54,639 nucleotides of DNA from Nanobdellota archaeon (GTDB taxonomy: Archaea > Nanobdellota > Nanobdellia > Woesearchaeales > DATGWN01), in NCBI GenBank assembly GCA_051819685.1, contig JBNJGI010000004.1, positions 1 through 54,639 of the forward strand, in the 5' to 3' direction. Under the pieces are notes generated by a model. That model worked only from the letters and a program-made list of their open reading frames with translations, was not told the DNA's origin and did no database searches. Every line of letters begins with the position of its first letter. Position 1 is the first letter of the stretch. Made by a program: the position numbers and the translations under genes. This document shows, one piece after another, positions 1-9,868 of the stretch.

Positions 1-74
1 ATTATTAAAAGTGTTATTATAATAACCATTGCAAGTATTATAAGGTATTCTACTGATGTTTGAGTTTTCTTCAT
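1..74 (-). CDS. 5' part of a class III signal peptide (type IV pilin-like) protein, truncated by the window edge
   Basis: Manual translation MKKTQTSVEYLIILAMVIIITLLI...: basic residues, QxSxE motif and hydrophobic stretch typical of archaeal pilin-like N-termini; not in the ORF track. Confidence 0.65.
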   Translation of the reverse strand, partial: MKKTQTSVEYLIILAMVIIITLLI

Positions 75-171
75 ATTTATTGTTTATGTCTTTTTATATT
101 TATAAATTTTTAAGTTATATTGTTATTTTACGCTATATCTACTTTATATGTAATGCAATATTAATAAAACC

Positions 172-957
172 TTAATTCTTATAAATATTATATGTTGTTT
201 TATTATATGCTTTTACAGATTCATTTCTCAATACTGTTTTTGTAATACTTCCAACCTTTCTATGACAAGTAGGACATAAAACAATTAGATTATTCACCCT
301 ATTATTTGAAGGATTACCATCAATGTGATGTATATCTGAAGCATCCTTTTCACCACAATGTTGACATGCATTATTTGCTCGTGCATATATTTTTTGTTTT
401 ATGGAACTCTTAATTGGTATTCTTTTTTTATTATTTAATCTGACATATCCATCTTCTGTTTCTTTTACTTTTATTATTTTTGGCTTAGGCGGATTCCATT
501 TATCATTTTCGTCCCATTTTTTGAAAACACCCTCTTTCGCATCGTGCCATTCATCATTAATCCCATATCCGCATCTTTTACAATAAAAAAATCTTTGTAC
601 AAATCTAGCAGGCCATAATTTGTAATCTGTTTTTTTATCTACTATTTCTCCATCTTTGTTTTTGTATATTTCTGAAGTGTAATTTCTTTTAATTTTTTTT
701 ATCCCTAAATCTTTTTCTTTTGAATCATCTTCTTTTTTAACAAAAGATCTTTTACATTTAGGACATCTAGTTATATAGATAAAATAAGTTATTGAAGCAA
801 AAATTCCTAAAAATATAATTGAATAAATATAATAGTTAAAAGGATATTTTTGAATTATAAAAAATAAAGAAAGTATTAAACTTAAACCCGACAAAATAAA
901 ACCATAATATAACATGTCTTTGTAAAGAGGTAATGGTTCAATATTTTTGTCTCCCAT
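172..957 (-). CDS. Membrane-anchored protein with Zn-ribbon and C-terminal HNH endonuclease domain
   Basis: Two N-terminal TM segments, CPKC...CKRC, C-terminal CQHC...IHHIDGNPSNN...NLIVLCPTCH. Confidence 0.75.
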   Translation of the reverse strand: MGDKNIEPLPLYKDMLYYGFILSGLSLILSLFFIIQKYPFNYYIYSIIFLGIFASITYFIYITRCPKCKRSFVKKEDDSKEKDLGIKKIKRNYTSEIYKNKDGEIVDKKTDYKLWPARFVQRFFYCKRCGYGINDEWHDAKEGVFKKWDENDKWNPPKPKIIKVKETEDGYVRLNNKKRIPIKSSIKQKIYARANNACQHCGEKDASDIHHIDGNPSNNRVNNLIVLCPTCHRKVGSITKTVLRNESVKAYNKTTYNIYKN

Positions 958-1044
958 ATCTATAATTTTGAAAAGATATATTTAAAGGTTTCTAAAAAAT
1001 TAAAAAATGCAAAAATATATAAAGTTTTAAATAAAAAATTTTTT

Positions 1045-2202
1045 ATGAAACAATTTATAACATTACTTTTTACTTTATTACTTTTAGTAGGGTGTACAAC
1101 AGAGGCAATTGATAATAGTCAAGAAAAATCTTCGAAAATAACTAAGATTAATAAAAAAAAAGATTATGAAAAAAAAGATGAAATTGAGTTAAAGGATGAG
1201 AAAAAAAAAGAGATTAAATCGGTGAAAAAAGAAAATTTATATCAAAAAGTTCTTTATCCTGAAGATTTTGAAATAGATATTTATCCTGCAGGTCAAGGTA
1301 TGTCCATAGGAAATATAATTAGTGTAGATTCTTTGATAAATTCAGTTGTTTACAAATACAATTTCACTGATAGTTATGTTGTATATTATGCAAGTAAATG
1401 GAATAATAAGGTTGATGATTATGACATGAGATTTGAACAGTATATTTACAAATTTTCTAATACAAATTTATCTAAAAAGGCTTATAATAATTTACAATTA
1501 TCATTGTTCACTGGAACATATGATGAAGATGAAGAAAATCCTTCCTATTTATTAGGATCTAAGGAATCTGAAAGAATAAATATTAAAAGAAGATTTCAAA
1601 AAGAAAATAAAGAATGGAATTATCTTAAATTAGATGGTAAATATATTATATTTGTAGAAAGCATATACCCTACAAGTTCTCTAGGAAATTCATATGAAGA
1701 AGAACTTAAGGAATCTATTATTGATAGATTTAACAATCCTTTATTACTTTCAAACAACCCAGGGAATGAATTTAAAAAAGAAATGATAGATAAAAAATTA
1801 TATATAAATGAAAATGAACATTTCAAGATTTGGTTAAATGATATCAAAGCAGAAAAAGTAGATAATACTTCAGGACTACTAACTTTTTTGCAATTTACAG
1901 TAAAAGGAAAAAATAATTATCCTTTTTATCCCTCATACAGTTACTTTGTAAGAGAAACAAACACTAGTTCTAATACAAAGCAATCAGGAATTTATGCAAA
2001 ATGGGTACTATATTCAGGATATATTTTAGATACAAACGCTCAAGAAACAATAACTTTTGCAGAACCTACTTCTATTAATTTTAATAAAAACGGCACTGCA
2101 GAATTCAAAATAATAGTTGCAGACAGATCTAGAGGTATTCAAGCACCTTATGAATTAGCAGAATTAAAATATAATGTTGATTTGAAAGAACATTTTGAAT
2201 AA
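1045..2202 (+). CDS. Hypothetical lipoprotein
   Basis: 385-aa ORF; signal peptide ending in lipobox LLLVGC. Confidence 0.65.
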   Translation: MKQFITLLFTLLLLVGCTTEAIDNSQEKSSKITKINKKKDYEKKDEIELKDEKKKEIKSVKKENLYQKVLYPEDFEIDIYPAGQGMSIGNIISVDSLINSVVYKYNFTDSYVVYYASKWNNKVDDYDMRFEQYIYKFSNTNLSKKAYNNLQLSLFTGTYDEDEENPSYLLGSKESERINIKRRFQKENKEWNYLKLDGKYIIFVESIYPTSSLGNSYEEELKESIIDRFNNPLLLSNNPGNEFKKEMIDKKLYINENEHFKIWLNDIKAEKVDNTSGLLTFLQFTVKGKNNYPFYPSYSYFVRETNTSSNTKQSGIYAKWVLYSGYILDTNAQETITFAEPTSINFNKNGTAEFKIIVADRSRGIQAPYELAELKYNVDLKEHFE

Positions 2203-2327
2203 CTCTTTCTGCTTATTTTATAAAATAAACAACCAGCTTCAACTTTATTAAATCTTAATTATAAGTATATTTTTTGGTATTATCTATTACTTCAACTATA
2301 GTCTCATCTTATGAGTTAGAATAAAAA

Positions 2328-2422
2328 TGGGCCCGACCGGATTTGAACCGGTGACCTCCGCCTAACTTAATACCAAAAAGGTATATGTAAGGGCAGCGTT
2401 ATAGCCACTAAACCACGGGCCC
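2328..2422 (-). tRNA. tRNA-Val(TAC) with a 22-nt intron at position 37/38 (2364-2385)
   Basis: Acceptor GGGCCCG/CGGGCCC, anticodon stem CTGCC/GGCGG, loop CT-TAC-A|intron|A, T-arm ACCGG-TTCAAAT-CCGGT; canonical bulge-helix-bulge; no encoded CCA. Confidence 0.95.
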
Positions 2423-2532
2423 GATAAAGATAGCGAAATTACAAACTCTTTTTAAAATTTTTGTTTTCTTGTCAGTAATAATATAAGATTTTTATAATTT
2501 TTATTAGATATTATCACTGCAAATATATTTTT

Positions 2533-3054
2533 CTAATTTCTTCTATAGAAATTGATATCACCATACCAATATTCAGGTAAAATATCAATAAAATGAGAAA
2601 AGACACAACCTATATAGCCCCATTTTGATTCTACATTACCATCTTCCCTATAAATACCCCAGTGATGTAGACCTGAAGAAAAAAACTTGTTTTCAGAATC
2701 TAATAAACCTTTTTTTCTTTTAAGCCAAGGATTTGTATAAATCACAAGATCACCTTCTGACGGATTATCATTAACTAACCTAAAATTATCATTTAACATA
2801 GCTTCAGCTTCAAAAATACTAAAGGGTACTTTTGCATCCAATGTTTTCCATAGAGCATAATTATAACAATTCAACCAGTTATCAAACATATTACTACTAT
2901 CTTCATACTTACTTCTTATACTTCCATCTGAAGGACTTGCAACCACTTTAATAGGAAGATCTTTTTCTTCAATCCATTTCCAAAAATCCTCAAATCTTTC
3001 AGGATTAAACTCTGAAAACTTATTTGCGATTAATTTCCTATAATAGCTATACAT
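2533..3054 (-). CDS. Hypothetical protein with possible papain-like Cys/His motifs
   Basis: 173-aa ORF; NCYNYA...GDLVIY...HHWG...ESKWG. Confidence 0.5.
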   Translation of the reverse strand: MYSYYRKLIANKFSEFNPERFEDFWKWIEEKDLPIKVVASPSDGSIRSKYEDSSNMFDNWLNCYNYALWKTLDAKVPFSIFEAEAMLNDNFRLVNDNPSEGDLVIYTNPWLKRKKGLLDSENKFFSSGLHHWGIYREDGNVESKWGYIGCVFSHFIDILPEYWYGDINFYRRN

Positions 3055-3154
3055 CTAAAAATGGATTAATAAGTATTTTATAAGTGTTACTATTATATAA
3101 TTACTAATTATTAAGAAAAACCTTTATAAAAAAGCGAATTAATACTAATATACA

Positions 3155-3442
3155 ATGAGATATGAAGGTAAATGTGTAGTATTCGGTAGAAAACCTCGAA
3201 AGGCTGAAGGGCAATACAAGACAGCTTTTTTCAAGATATATAAAGAAGTCAACCCTTTAAAGAACAATAATGGCGATGTTTTTCCTGATAAGGAATTAGA
3301 TTTCCCAGATACTGAAAAAGTTGAGATAAGAAATTTTGATGTCGATTATTATCTTGAAGGGAATGATTTGGTAATTGATGATATTAAAGCTATTGATATT
3401 GAGCAAGAAGGCAATATTATCTCACTTAAAATAGAAAAATAA
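3155..3442 (+). CDS. Hypothetical protein
   Basis: 95-aa ATG ORF with upstream TATA-like tttataaa. Confidence 0.6.
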   Translation: MRYEGKCVVFGRKPRKAEGQYKTAFFKIYKEVNPLKNNNGDVFPDKELDFPDTEKVEIRNFDVDYYLEGNDLVIDDIKAIDIEQEGNIISLKIEK

Positions 3443-3531
3443 TGTTTTTTCCGTAAATTTTTCTTTTTTTATAAGATATATTCGGAATTCTATAAGAAAT
3501 ATATTTTAATTAATATTCTTTTTCCAGTTAT

Positions 3532-3756
3532 ATGAATCGTATATTAAATTATGGATATAAATTTTTAAGAAGATCATTATTGCTCGGAAGCGGTATTGTA
3601 TTAGGTGCTTCAAACCATGAGTTTTTTGATGATTTTAAGTTTAATTTAGGGAAAAAAATCAATAATACAGTAGAAGAGAAACTTATGTATTCTTCTGAGG
3701 ACAGGAATTATAAAGCTCTTGAAAAATTGGTCGAAATGCGGAGATATAAAGAATGA
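3532..3756 (+). CDS. Small hypothetical protein
   Basis: 74-aa ORF; ATGA overlap with next ORF. Confidence 0.5.
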   Translation: MNRILNYGYKFLRRSLLLGSGIVLGASNHEFFDDFKFNLGKKINNTVEEKLMYSSEDRNYKALEKLVEMRRYKE

Positions 3757-4013
3757 AAAAATATATTATCGCTTTTGCTGCATCTTATGCAGCTTTTATT
3801 GCAACTGATAAATTAGTTTTTGAAGAAAAGAAAGAATATAACACTTTCATGGAAGAACATTGCTGGTTTTTGAAGACTCCTGAAGGTAAACTTCCGATAT
3901 ATGATAATAACCAGGTTGGAAGCATCCACTATAGGATGAAAGGATTAATGGAAGAACCTCCTGATAAATTAGAAAAATCACTTGAGGTGATAAGAAAAGA
4001 AATGTCAGATTAG
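3753..4013 (+). CDS. Small hypothetical protein with hydrophobic N-terminus
   Basis: 86-aa ORF, translationally coupled to the previous ORF. Confidence 0.5.
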   Translation: MKKYIIAFAASYAAFIATDKLVFEEKKEYNTFMEEHCWFLKTPEGKLPIYDNNQVGSIHYRMKGLMEEPPDKLEKSLEVIRKEMSD

Positions 4014-5992
4014 TTGAAATTGACATCAAAAACTTGTTTTATATCTTTTATTTTCTTTACAGCTTCATTAATTTTACTACAAGTATCTTTCTTTAATCTC
4101 ATTGTTATTACTATGTTTCTCTTTTTCTCATAGGTTTCTATTTTTTTAATGTCGATAAAGTTTTCAACCATTATATCAAATATTTTTACCAAAACACCAG
4201 GAGCATCATGAGAAATTATATTTATTACTTCTTCATTCTCATTTTTTGTTTTCCACCTTACATCAACTTTCTTTTTGGAGTCTAATGTGTATTGGTCTGG
4301 ACAATCATTCTTATGTATAGTAACTTTTCCATCTTTTGTTCTATATCCCACAATTTCATCTCCGTAGGAAGGTGAACAACATTTTGATATCTTGATTGGT
4401 TGTTTTTTTCCAATCACTTCTATTTTAGATTCCCTGTCTATTTCATTTATATCATTGTTTTTTTTGATTGTAGACTTTTTGTTTTCATAGGACATTCCTA
4501 ATTCTTGTCTTATTTTGGATTTAGCCATATTAGTTGTTACAATACCAAGCCATTGTTTATTAACACGAGGTTTTTGTGATGTTATGATTTCTACTATATC
4601 CCCATTTTTAAGAGTCTGACCTATTAAAGCAGGTTCTTTGTTTACAAAAGCTTTTTCATAATGGTGACCTACTTTTGAATGTATAGCATATGCGAAATCA
4701 AGGGGTGTACTTTTTTCTTTGAGAAGAACTATATCGCCTCTTGGTGTTATACACATTATTTCATTGCTGAATACATCAAATTTAAGATTTTCTTTATATT
4801 TTCCTTTTTGTTTCCTTTTCCATGATATTATCTGCTTTAACCATGATATTTTTTTATCAAGACTTCTGTCTCTTTCGTTCTCTTTATAACGCCAGTGTTT
4901 AGCAACGCCATTCTCAGCTTCCTCATCCATTTCTACTGTCCTTATCTGGACTTCTATTATTGTCTCTTCATATTTATAGTTTACATGTATAGATCTGTAT
5001 CCATTGGGTTTAGGGTTTTTTATATAATCTTTAATCCTTTTCTCTCCTGTTTTCTTATCTTTTTGTATTTCCCATAGATTATTGAGTGTATTAAATACTT
5101 CATAGCATCTTCCTTCTGAATCAAGTATTATCCGTATTCCATATATATCATATATCGTATCTAAAGATTTATTTTCATCTTTTATTTTTTTGAATATGCT
5201 ATAATAATTTTTAGCTCTTCCTTTTACTTCAGCATTAATATTATTTTTTTTAAGAATGTTTTTTATAAAATCAACTGTTTGTCTAGTTTTATCCCTTCTT
5301 TCTTTATTAGTGAGTCTTATTTTTTTCGCGAGATATTGATAAGCATAAGGTTTTAAATAAAGGAATGAAAGATCTTCTAATTCACTTTGTATCTTATAAA
5401 GCCCAAGTTTATCAGCTATAGGGGCGTAAATGTTAAGAGTTTTTGAAGCTATACGTTCTTTTTTTTCTTCCCTGAATATCCCTAAACTTCGCATGTTATC
5501 AAGCCTGTCTGCAAGTTTTATGAAAAGTATCCTTACATCTTTTGCTGAAGCAAGAATGATTTTACGCATGTTTTCAGAATTATAATCATCAAAGTTAAAA
5601 GATTTTGAATCTTTGAAATGATCTTTACTCATTTTTGTGAGTCCATCGACAAGATTAGCTATTTCTTCATTAAAATCTTTTTTTAGGTCATCGACACTTT
5701 TACTTGTATCTTCAACGACATCATGAAGTAATGCTGAGCATACTGAGGAAGTATCTGCAAGATTATAATCGATAAGTATTTTAGCAACATTTAAAGGATG
5801 AATAAAATATGGTTTTCCTGTCTTTCTGGTTTTTCCTTCATGTGCTGTTTTAGCATAATTATAAGCTTTTTTTATAAGTTTATGATCAAGATAAGAAGCA
5901 TTTTCATCTATATAATCCACCAATCGTACAGGATTGTATAAGAATTTTTCAGTTACTGAAAGCGAAGGAGACTTTTTTTTTTGATTGGCCAT
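4010..5992 (-). CDS. rel: Long bifunctional (p)ppGpp synthetase/hydrolase (RelA/SpoT homolog)
   Basis: HD domain (HPLNVA, LLHDVVEDT), synthetase (GRAKNYYSI, DYIKNPKPNGYRSIH, EVQIRT, HWRYKE), TGS (STPLDFAYAIHS), Zn finger (KCC...HKNDC), ACT; start moved to ATG at 5992. Confidence 0.95.
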   Translation of the reverse strand: MANQKKKSPSLSVTEKFLYNPVRLVDYIDENASYLDHKLIKKAYNYAKTAHEGKTRKTGKPYFIHPLNVAKILIDYNLADTSSVCSALLHDVVEDTSKSVDDLKKDFNEEIANLVDGLTKMSKDHFKDSKSFNFDDYNSENMRKIILASAKDVRILFIKLADRLDNMRSLGIFREEKKERIASKTLNIYAPIADKLGLYKIQSELEDLSFLYLKPYAYQYLAKKIRLTNKERRDKTRQTVDFIKNILKKNNINAEVKGRAKNYYSIFKKIKDENKSLDTIYDIYGIRIILDSEGRCYEVFNTLNNLWEIQKDKKTGEKRIKDYIKNPKPNGYRSIHVNYKYEETIIEVQIRTVEMDEEAENGVAKHWRYKENERDRSLDKKISWLKQIISWKRKQKGKYKENLKFDVFSNEIMCITPRGDIVLLKEKSTPLDFAYAIHSKVGHHYEKAFVNKEPALIGQTLKNGDIVEIITSQKPRVNKQWLGIVTTNMAKSKIRQELGMSYENKKSTIKKNNDINEIDRESKIEVIGKKQPIKISKCCSPSYGDEIVGYRTKDGKVTIHKNDCPDQYTLDSKKKVDVRWKTKNENEEVINIISHDAPGVLVKIFDIMVENFIDIKKIETYEKKRNIVITMRLKKDTCSKINEAVKKIKDIKQVFDVNFN

Positions 5993-6134
5993 ATATAATA
6001 GAATTATTTCTAGTATAAAAATTATTTGATTAATAGGCATAATTAAAAATATGAGTGATATTGCGAACAACTATCAAGAAGAAAAACAGAAATTCCATAA
6101 GATTGAACTACAAAATTTATATTTTTTAAAAAAA

Positions 6135-6209
6135 CGGGTCAGGGAGGATTCGAACCCCCGACATGCAGCTTAGAAGGCTGCCGTCATATCCAGACTAGAC
6201 CACTGACCC
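6135..6209 (-). tRNA. tRNA-Arg(TCT)
   Basis: Acceptor GGGTCAG/CTGACCC, anticodon arm GCAGC-CTTCTAA-GCTGC, T-loop TTCGAAT. Confidence 0.95.
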
Positions 6210-6307
6210 TTTTATAGACTTAGGATTAATGTTCCCTTTTAAAATATTTTGGAATTATTGGAAACATTTTTAAATGAAATTAATCATTATTGTTATAGAG
6301 GTGAGGA

Positions 6308-6919
6308 ATGATAAATAAGTTTCTTGGGAAAAAAGCTCAAAGTTCAGGTATTGGTTCTTTGATTATTTTTATAGCAATGATACTAGTTGCAGCTATTGCA
6401 GCAGGAGTTATAATATCTACTGGTACAATATTACAATCCAAATCTTTACAAACAGGACATAAAGCAAAAGAATCAGTATCGTCAGGATTAAAACTTCTTG
6501 AAGTATATGCTACTGACGGCCTTGAAGGATCTTTGGATAATTTTTATGTGAGAACACAACTCATGGCAGGATCTTCAGGATTTGATCTTAATGAAATGGT
6601 TTTTATGTTGAATACGCAAGATGAATCATATACTATGAGATATAACGATACTGTTGCACAATGTGACCCCACCCATATTGCAGATGATAGTTTCAATGTC
6701 CAGTTTACAAGAAACGGGACAAGAAAAAAAGATTCTTCTTATAATTATACTAATTATCTACTCCCAGGAGATACTATAAAAATTTGTTTCCATGCACAAA
6801 ATATACAGGAAGGTGAAAGAATACTTATGTTGATGATACCGAAAAATGGTCAGAAACTATATTATGAAACAGTTACTCCTTTTACATTCACAAGTAAATA
6901 TGAAACTCTTTATCCTTGA
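6308..6919 (+). CDS. flaB: Archaellin (archaeal flagellin)
   Basis: KKAQSSGIGSLIIFIAMILVAAIAAGV N-terminus; RBS gaggtga. Confidence 0.9.
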   Translation: MINKFLGKKAQSSGIGSLIIFIAMILVAAIAAGVIISTGTILQSKSLQTGHKAKESVSSGLKLLEVYATDGLEGSLDNFYVRTQLMAGSSGFDLNEMVFMLNTQDESYTMRYNDTVAQCDPTHIADDSFNVQFTRNGTRKKDSSYNYTNYLLPGDTIKICFHAQNIQEGERILMLMIPKNGQKLYYETVTPFTFTSKYETLYP

Positions 6920-6973
6920 GACTAAAGTTATGTTATCAAATCAATCCATATAATTTCAGTTTTTTCTTCTTAT

Positions 6974-7043
6974 TATAACTCATTTTAATACTTATCGCAA
7001 ATTCAAAAACTATTTCAAGATAATATCATCACTCATTTTTTTT
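6974..7043 (+). repeat. Degenerate partial copy of dispersed repeat family A
   Basis: cttatcgcaaattcaaaaactatttcaagataatatcatcactcatttt aligns with ~35995-36045. Confidence 0.7.
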
Positions 7044-7093
7044 AGGTGTTAATTTTCAAAAACATTTATTAATCACTAAAAAAGCGCTAAAAT

Positions 7094-7939
7094 ATGTTCG
7101 TAAATCAATTAGATCCTGTAATATTCGAATTTTTTGGACTTCAGATAAGATGGTACGGTATTGTCTATGCTGCAGGATTCATATATCTTTACTTTTTTCT
7201 TATGTTTCTTGCGAAACATAATTCAATTGACAATTTTGAAAAAGACGATGTTGAACCATTTCTTATAGGATTGATAATATCTATGATAATAGGATCAAGA
7301 TTGTTCCATACTTTTGTCTATAATTTCATATATTATATAACTCATCCTCTTGAAATAATAATGATATGGAACGGGGGTTTGAGTTTTCATGGAGCTTTGT
7401 TTTTTATCGCATTATGGATTTTTTATTACTGCAGGAAAAGAGGCATACATTTTTTTTCTTTGACCGACTTCCTTGTGGTGCCAGCTGCTTTCTTTCTGGC
7501 GATAGGAAGATTTGCAAATTTCATAAATGGAGAACTTATAGGAGTGAAATCTAATATTTCATGGGCTGTAAAATTTGAAGATTATGAAGGGTTTCGTCAT
7601 CCTACTCAAATATATGAAAGTATAAAAAATTTATTTCTTTTTTCATCCCTTATACTGATTAAGTTTGTACAGGGAAGAATTTTCAGAAGATATGTCCCCG
7701 GACTTATGACAATAATTTTTCTGATGGGTTATGGTATTATGAGATTTTTTATAGAATTCCTTAAAGAAGGAGCGACAGTGGTTGCAGGTCTTAATATAGG
7801 ACAGATTTTAAGTCTTGCTATGATAATTTTTAGTGTATATCTTATAAAAACTCTCCATAGATTAAACAATGAATTCAATAACATGGTTATTACTCATAAG
7901 GAAGAGAAAAAAAGGTCTAAGAAAAAAGGATCAAGATAA
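7094..7939 (+). CDS. lgt: Prolipoprotein diacylglyceryl transferase
   Basis: RWYG, GSRLFH, GGLSFHG, GRFANFINGE, RHPTQIYE, RFFIEF; multiple TM segments. Confidence 0.93.
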   Translation: MFVNQLDPVIFEFFGLQIRWYGIVYAAGFIYLYFFLMFLAKHNSIDNFEKDDVEPFLIGLIISMIIGSRLFHTFVYNFIYYITHPLEIIMIWNGGLSFHGALFFIALWIFYYCRKRGIHFFSLTDFLVVPAAFFLAIGRFANFINGELIGVKSNISWAVKFEDYEGFRHPTQIYESIKNLFLFSSLILIKFVQGRIFRRYVPGLMTIIFLMGYGIMRFFIEFLKEGATVVAGLNIGQILSLAMIIFSVYLIKTLHRLNNEFNNMVITHKEEKKRSKKKGSR

Positions 7940-9715
7940 TCTTTTCTTAATCATTTCAGAAGCTTTTTTGCCATCAGCCTTACCGCCGGAATTTTTCATC
8001 ACTTCACCCATAATTTTACCCATATCTTTCATATCTTTAGCTCCTATTTTTTTGATTGCTTCATCAACTATTTTAGAAAGTTTATCTTCCGGAATTGTTT
8101 TCTTAGAATTTATTGCTTCATCAAGAGATTTTCCAGATTTATACAAATCAAGAACTTCTGTAAAAGAATTTTTAGGAATATTTCCTTTATTGATTTCTTC
8201 AAGTACTTTTGAATATATTTCTTTATCAGGTTCAATTATTTTAGCTCCTGCAGTTATGCAAGAAGCCAGAAAATTAGCATCATTCTTTTCTTTCAATGAA
8301 TCAAAAATTTCAGCATAATCTCTCGCAATAGTTTTAGCAAGATTTTTATTCTTTATACCTAATTTTATATAATCTTCAATCTTATCCTCTATACTTTCAC
8401 CCATATTTATTTCATCAAAATAGGGTTTTATAGGTAAAGTATCCGTTTCGGGATACATTCTTGCCCCTCCAGGCATAGGTCTCATATAGCTAGTAGTTCC
8501 GTCACTATTAGCTTTACGAACTTCTTTAATTACACCTTCTTTCAAACTATATATTCTTTCTTTAGCATATTCTGCAGATCTCATAGCTTTGGTTTTATCA
8601 TCTGCAATAAGTATAAATGCATCATCTTTCTCTATACTTAAATTATCCCTTATCTGTTTTTCTTCAAGATTATATTTACTCATATCTTCATCAGAATGTA
8701 TTATGCCACCAACACCTGCAATTTTTGCGTAATCAGAAATCTCGCTACCTACTCTCCTCCCTTTCATAGTTTCTATTCCTAAAAAGCCTTTCATTCCTTT
8801 GACTTTAAATCCAATTACACAACCTCCTTTAGATATTTTCTTATTTATCATTCCACATGATGTTTTCTTGAAAGAATCTGTAATATCCAATGTTTTTCCG
8901 CATTTAAAGACTTTATCTTTAAGATTAATTAGCACACTCTGTCTTTTAGCTTCATTACGGACAATTTCAGGTATCATCTTCAAATCCTGTGCCCCTTTAA
9001 TCTCAACTCTCTCACCTTCTTCTATAGAAACATTAACATCCTGTCTTATCGTACCAATACCTCTTTTTACTCTCTGTCCTTTATATGATTTAAGAGAACG
9101 GATAAACATACCTATTTTTTCTGCTGCCTTTTTGACTTCTTCAGGACTTTCCAAATCAGGACCTGTAGCTATCTCTATCAAAGGTATCCCTAATCTTGAA
9201 AGATTATATATATCCTGTTCATTTTTTCTTTCTATAATTTTACAAGCATCTTCTTCAAGACATAATGTGTCAACAGAAATTTTTTTATTTTCGATATCTA
9301 TAAAACCCGCTGTACCTATGAGTGATGTCCTCTGAAATCCTGTAGTATTTGATCCATCTATAACAGTTTTTCTCATGATCTGTATTTCATCCACAGGTCT
9401 GCAATTAAGGAATTTACACATCTGTAAAGAAAGATTCAATGCTCCTTCATTCATGATATGAGGTGGCTCCTCATCAAGTTCGACAAGACATGTAGTATCA
9501 TCATAACCATAATATACAAAATCTTTCTTCTTAGACTGTTCTTTTGCAGCAGCAACATCGATTTCCCCCGTTTCTCCTACAACAGCTTTCAATCTTCTTT
9601 TAACTGTATAATCGGGTTTATCTTCCCTTATTAATGTAGGACATTCACAGAACAATTTCTTCCCATCAAGCTGTGCATGTATTTCAATACCTGCTTTTAT
9701 TTTTTTGTCGGACAT
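7931..9715 (-). CDS. gatE: Glu-tRNA(Gln) amidotransferase subunit E
   Basis: GIEIHAQL, KLFC, RKTVIDGSNTTGFQRT, RGIGTIRQDVNVSI, RMYPETD, C-terminal YqeY-like domain. Confidence 0.95.
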   Translation of the reverse strand: MSDKKIKAGIEIHAQLDGKKLFCECPTLIREDKPDYTVKRRLKAVVGETGEIDVAAAKEQSKKKDFVYYGYDDTTCLVELDEEPPHIMNEGALNLSLQMCKFLNCRPVDEIQIMRKTVIDGSNTTGFQRTSLIGTAGFIDIENKKISVDTLCLEEDACKIIERKNEQDIYNLSRLGIPLIEIATGPDLESPEEVKKAAEKIGMFIRSLKSYKGQRVKRGIGTIRQDVNVSIEEGERVEIKGAQDLKMIPEIVRNEAKRQSVLINLKDKVFKCGKTLDITDSFKKTSCGMINKKISKGGCVIGFKVKGMKGFLGIETMKGRRVGSEISDYAKIAGVGGIIHSDEDMSKYNLEEKQIRDNLSIEKDDAFILIADDKTKAMRSAEYAKERIYSLKEGVIKEVRKANSDGTTSYMRPMPGGARMYPETDTLPIKPYFDEINMGESIEDKIEDYIKLGIKNKNLAKTIARDYAEIFDSLKEKNDANFLASCITAGAKIIEPDKEIYSKVLEEINKGNIPKNSFTEVLDLYKSGKSLDEAINSKKTIPEDKLSKIVDEAIKKIGAKDMKDMGKIMGEVMKNSGGKADGKKASEMIKKRLS

Positions 9716-9868
9716 GGGAAAGTAATATTTTAACTTATTTTTAAATATTGTTTAATATTTATGTTTTAACTTTACAATAGTTACACACAGAAAACTTTAA
9801 AAATAAAATGAAATTACTACTTATGAAAACATACTACAAAATGAAATTTCAACGGAGGATATACAAAC

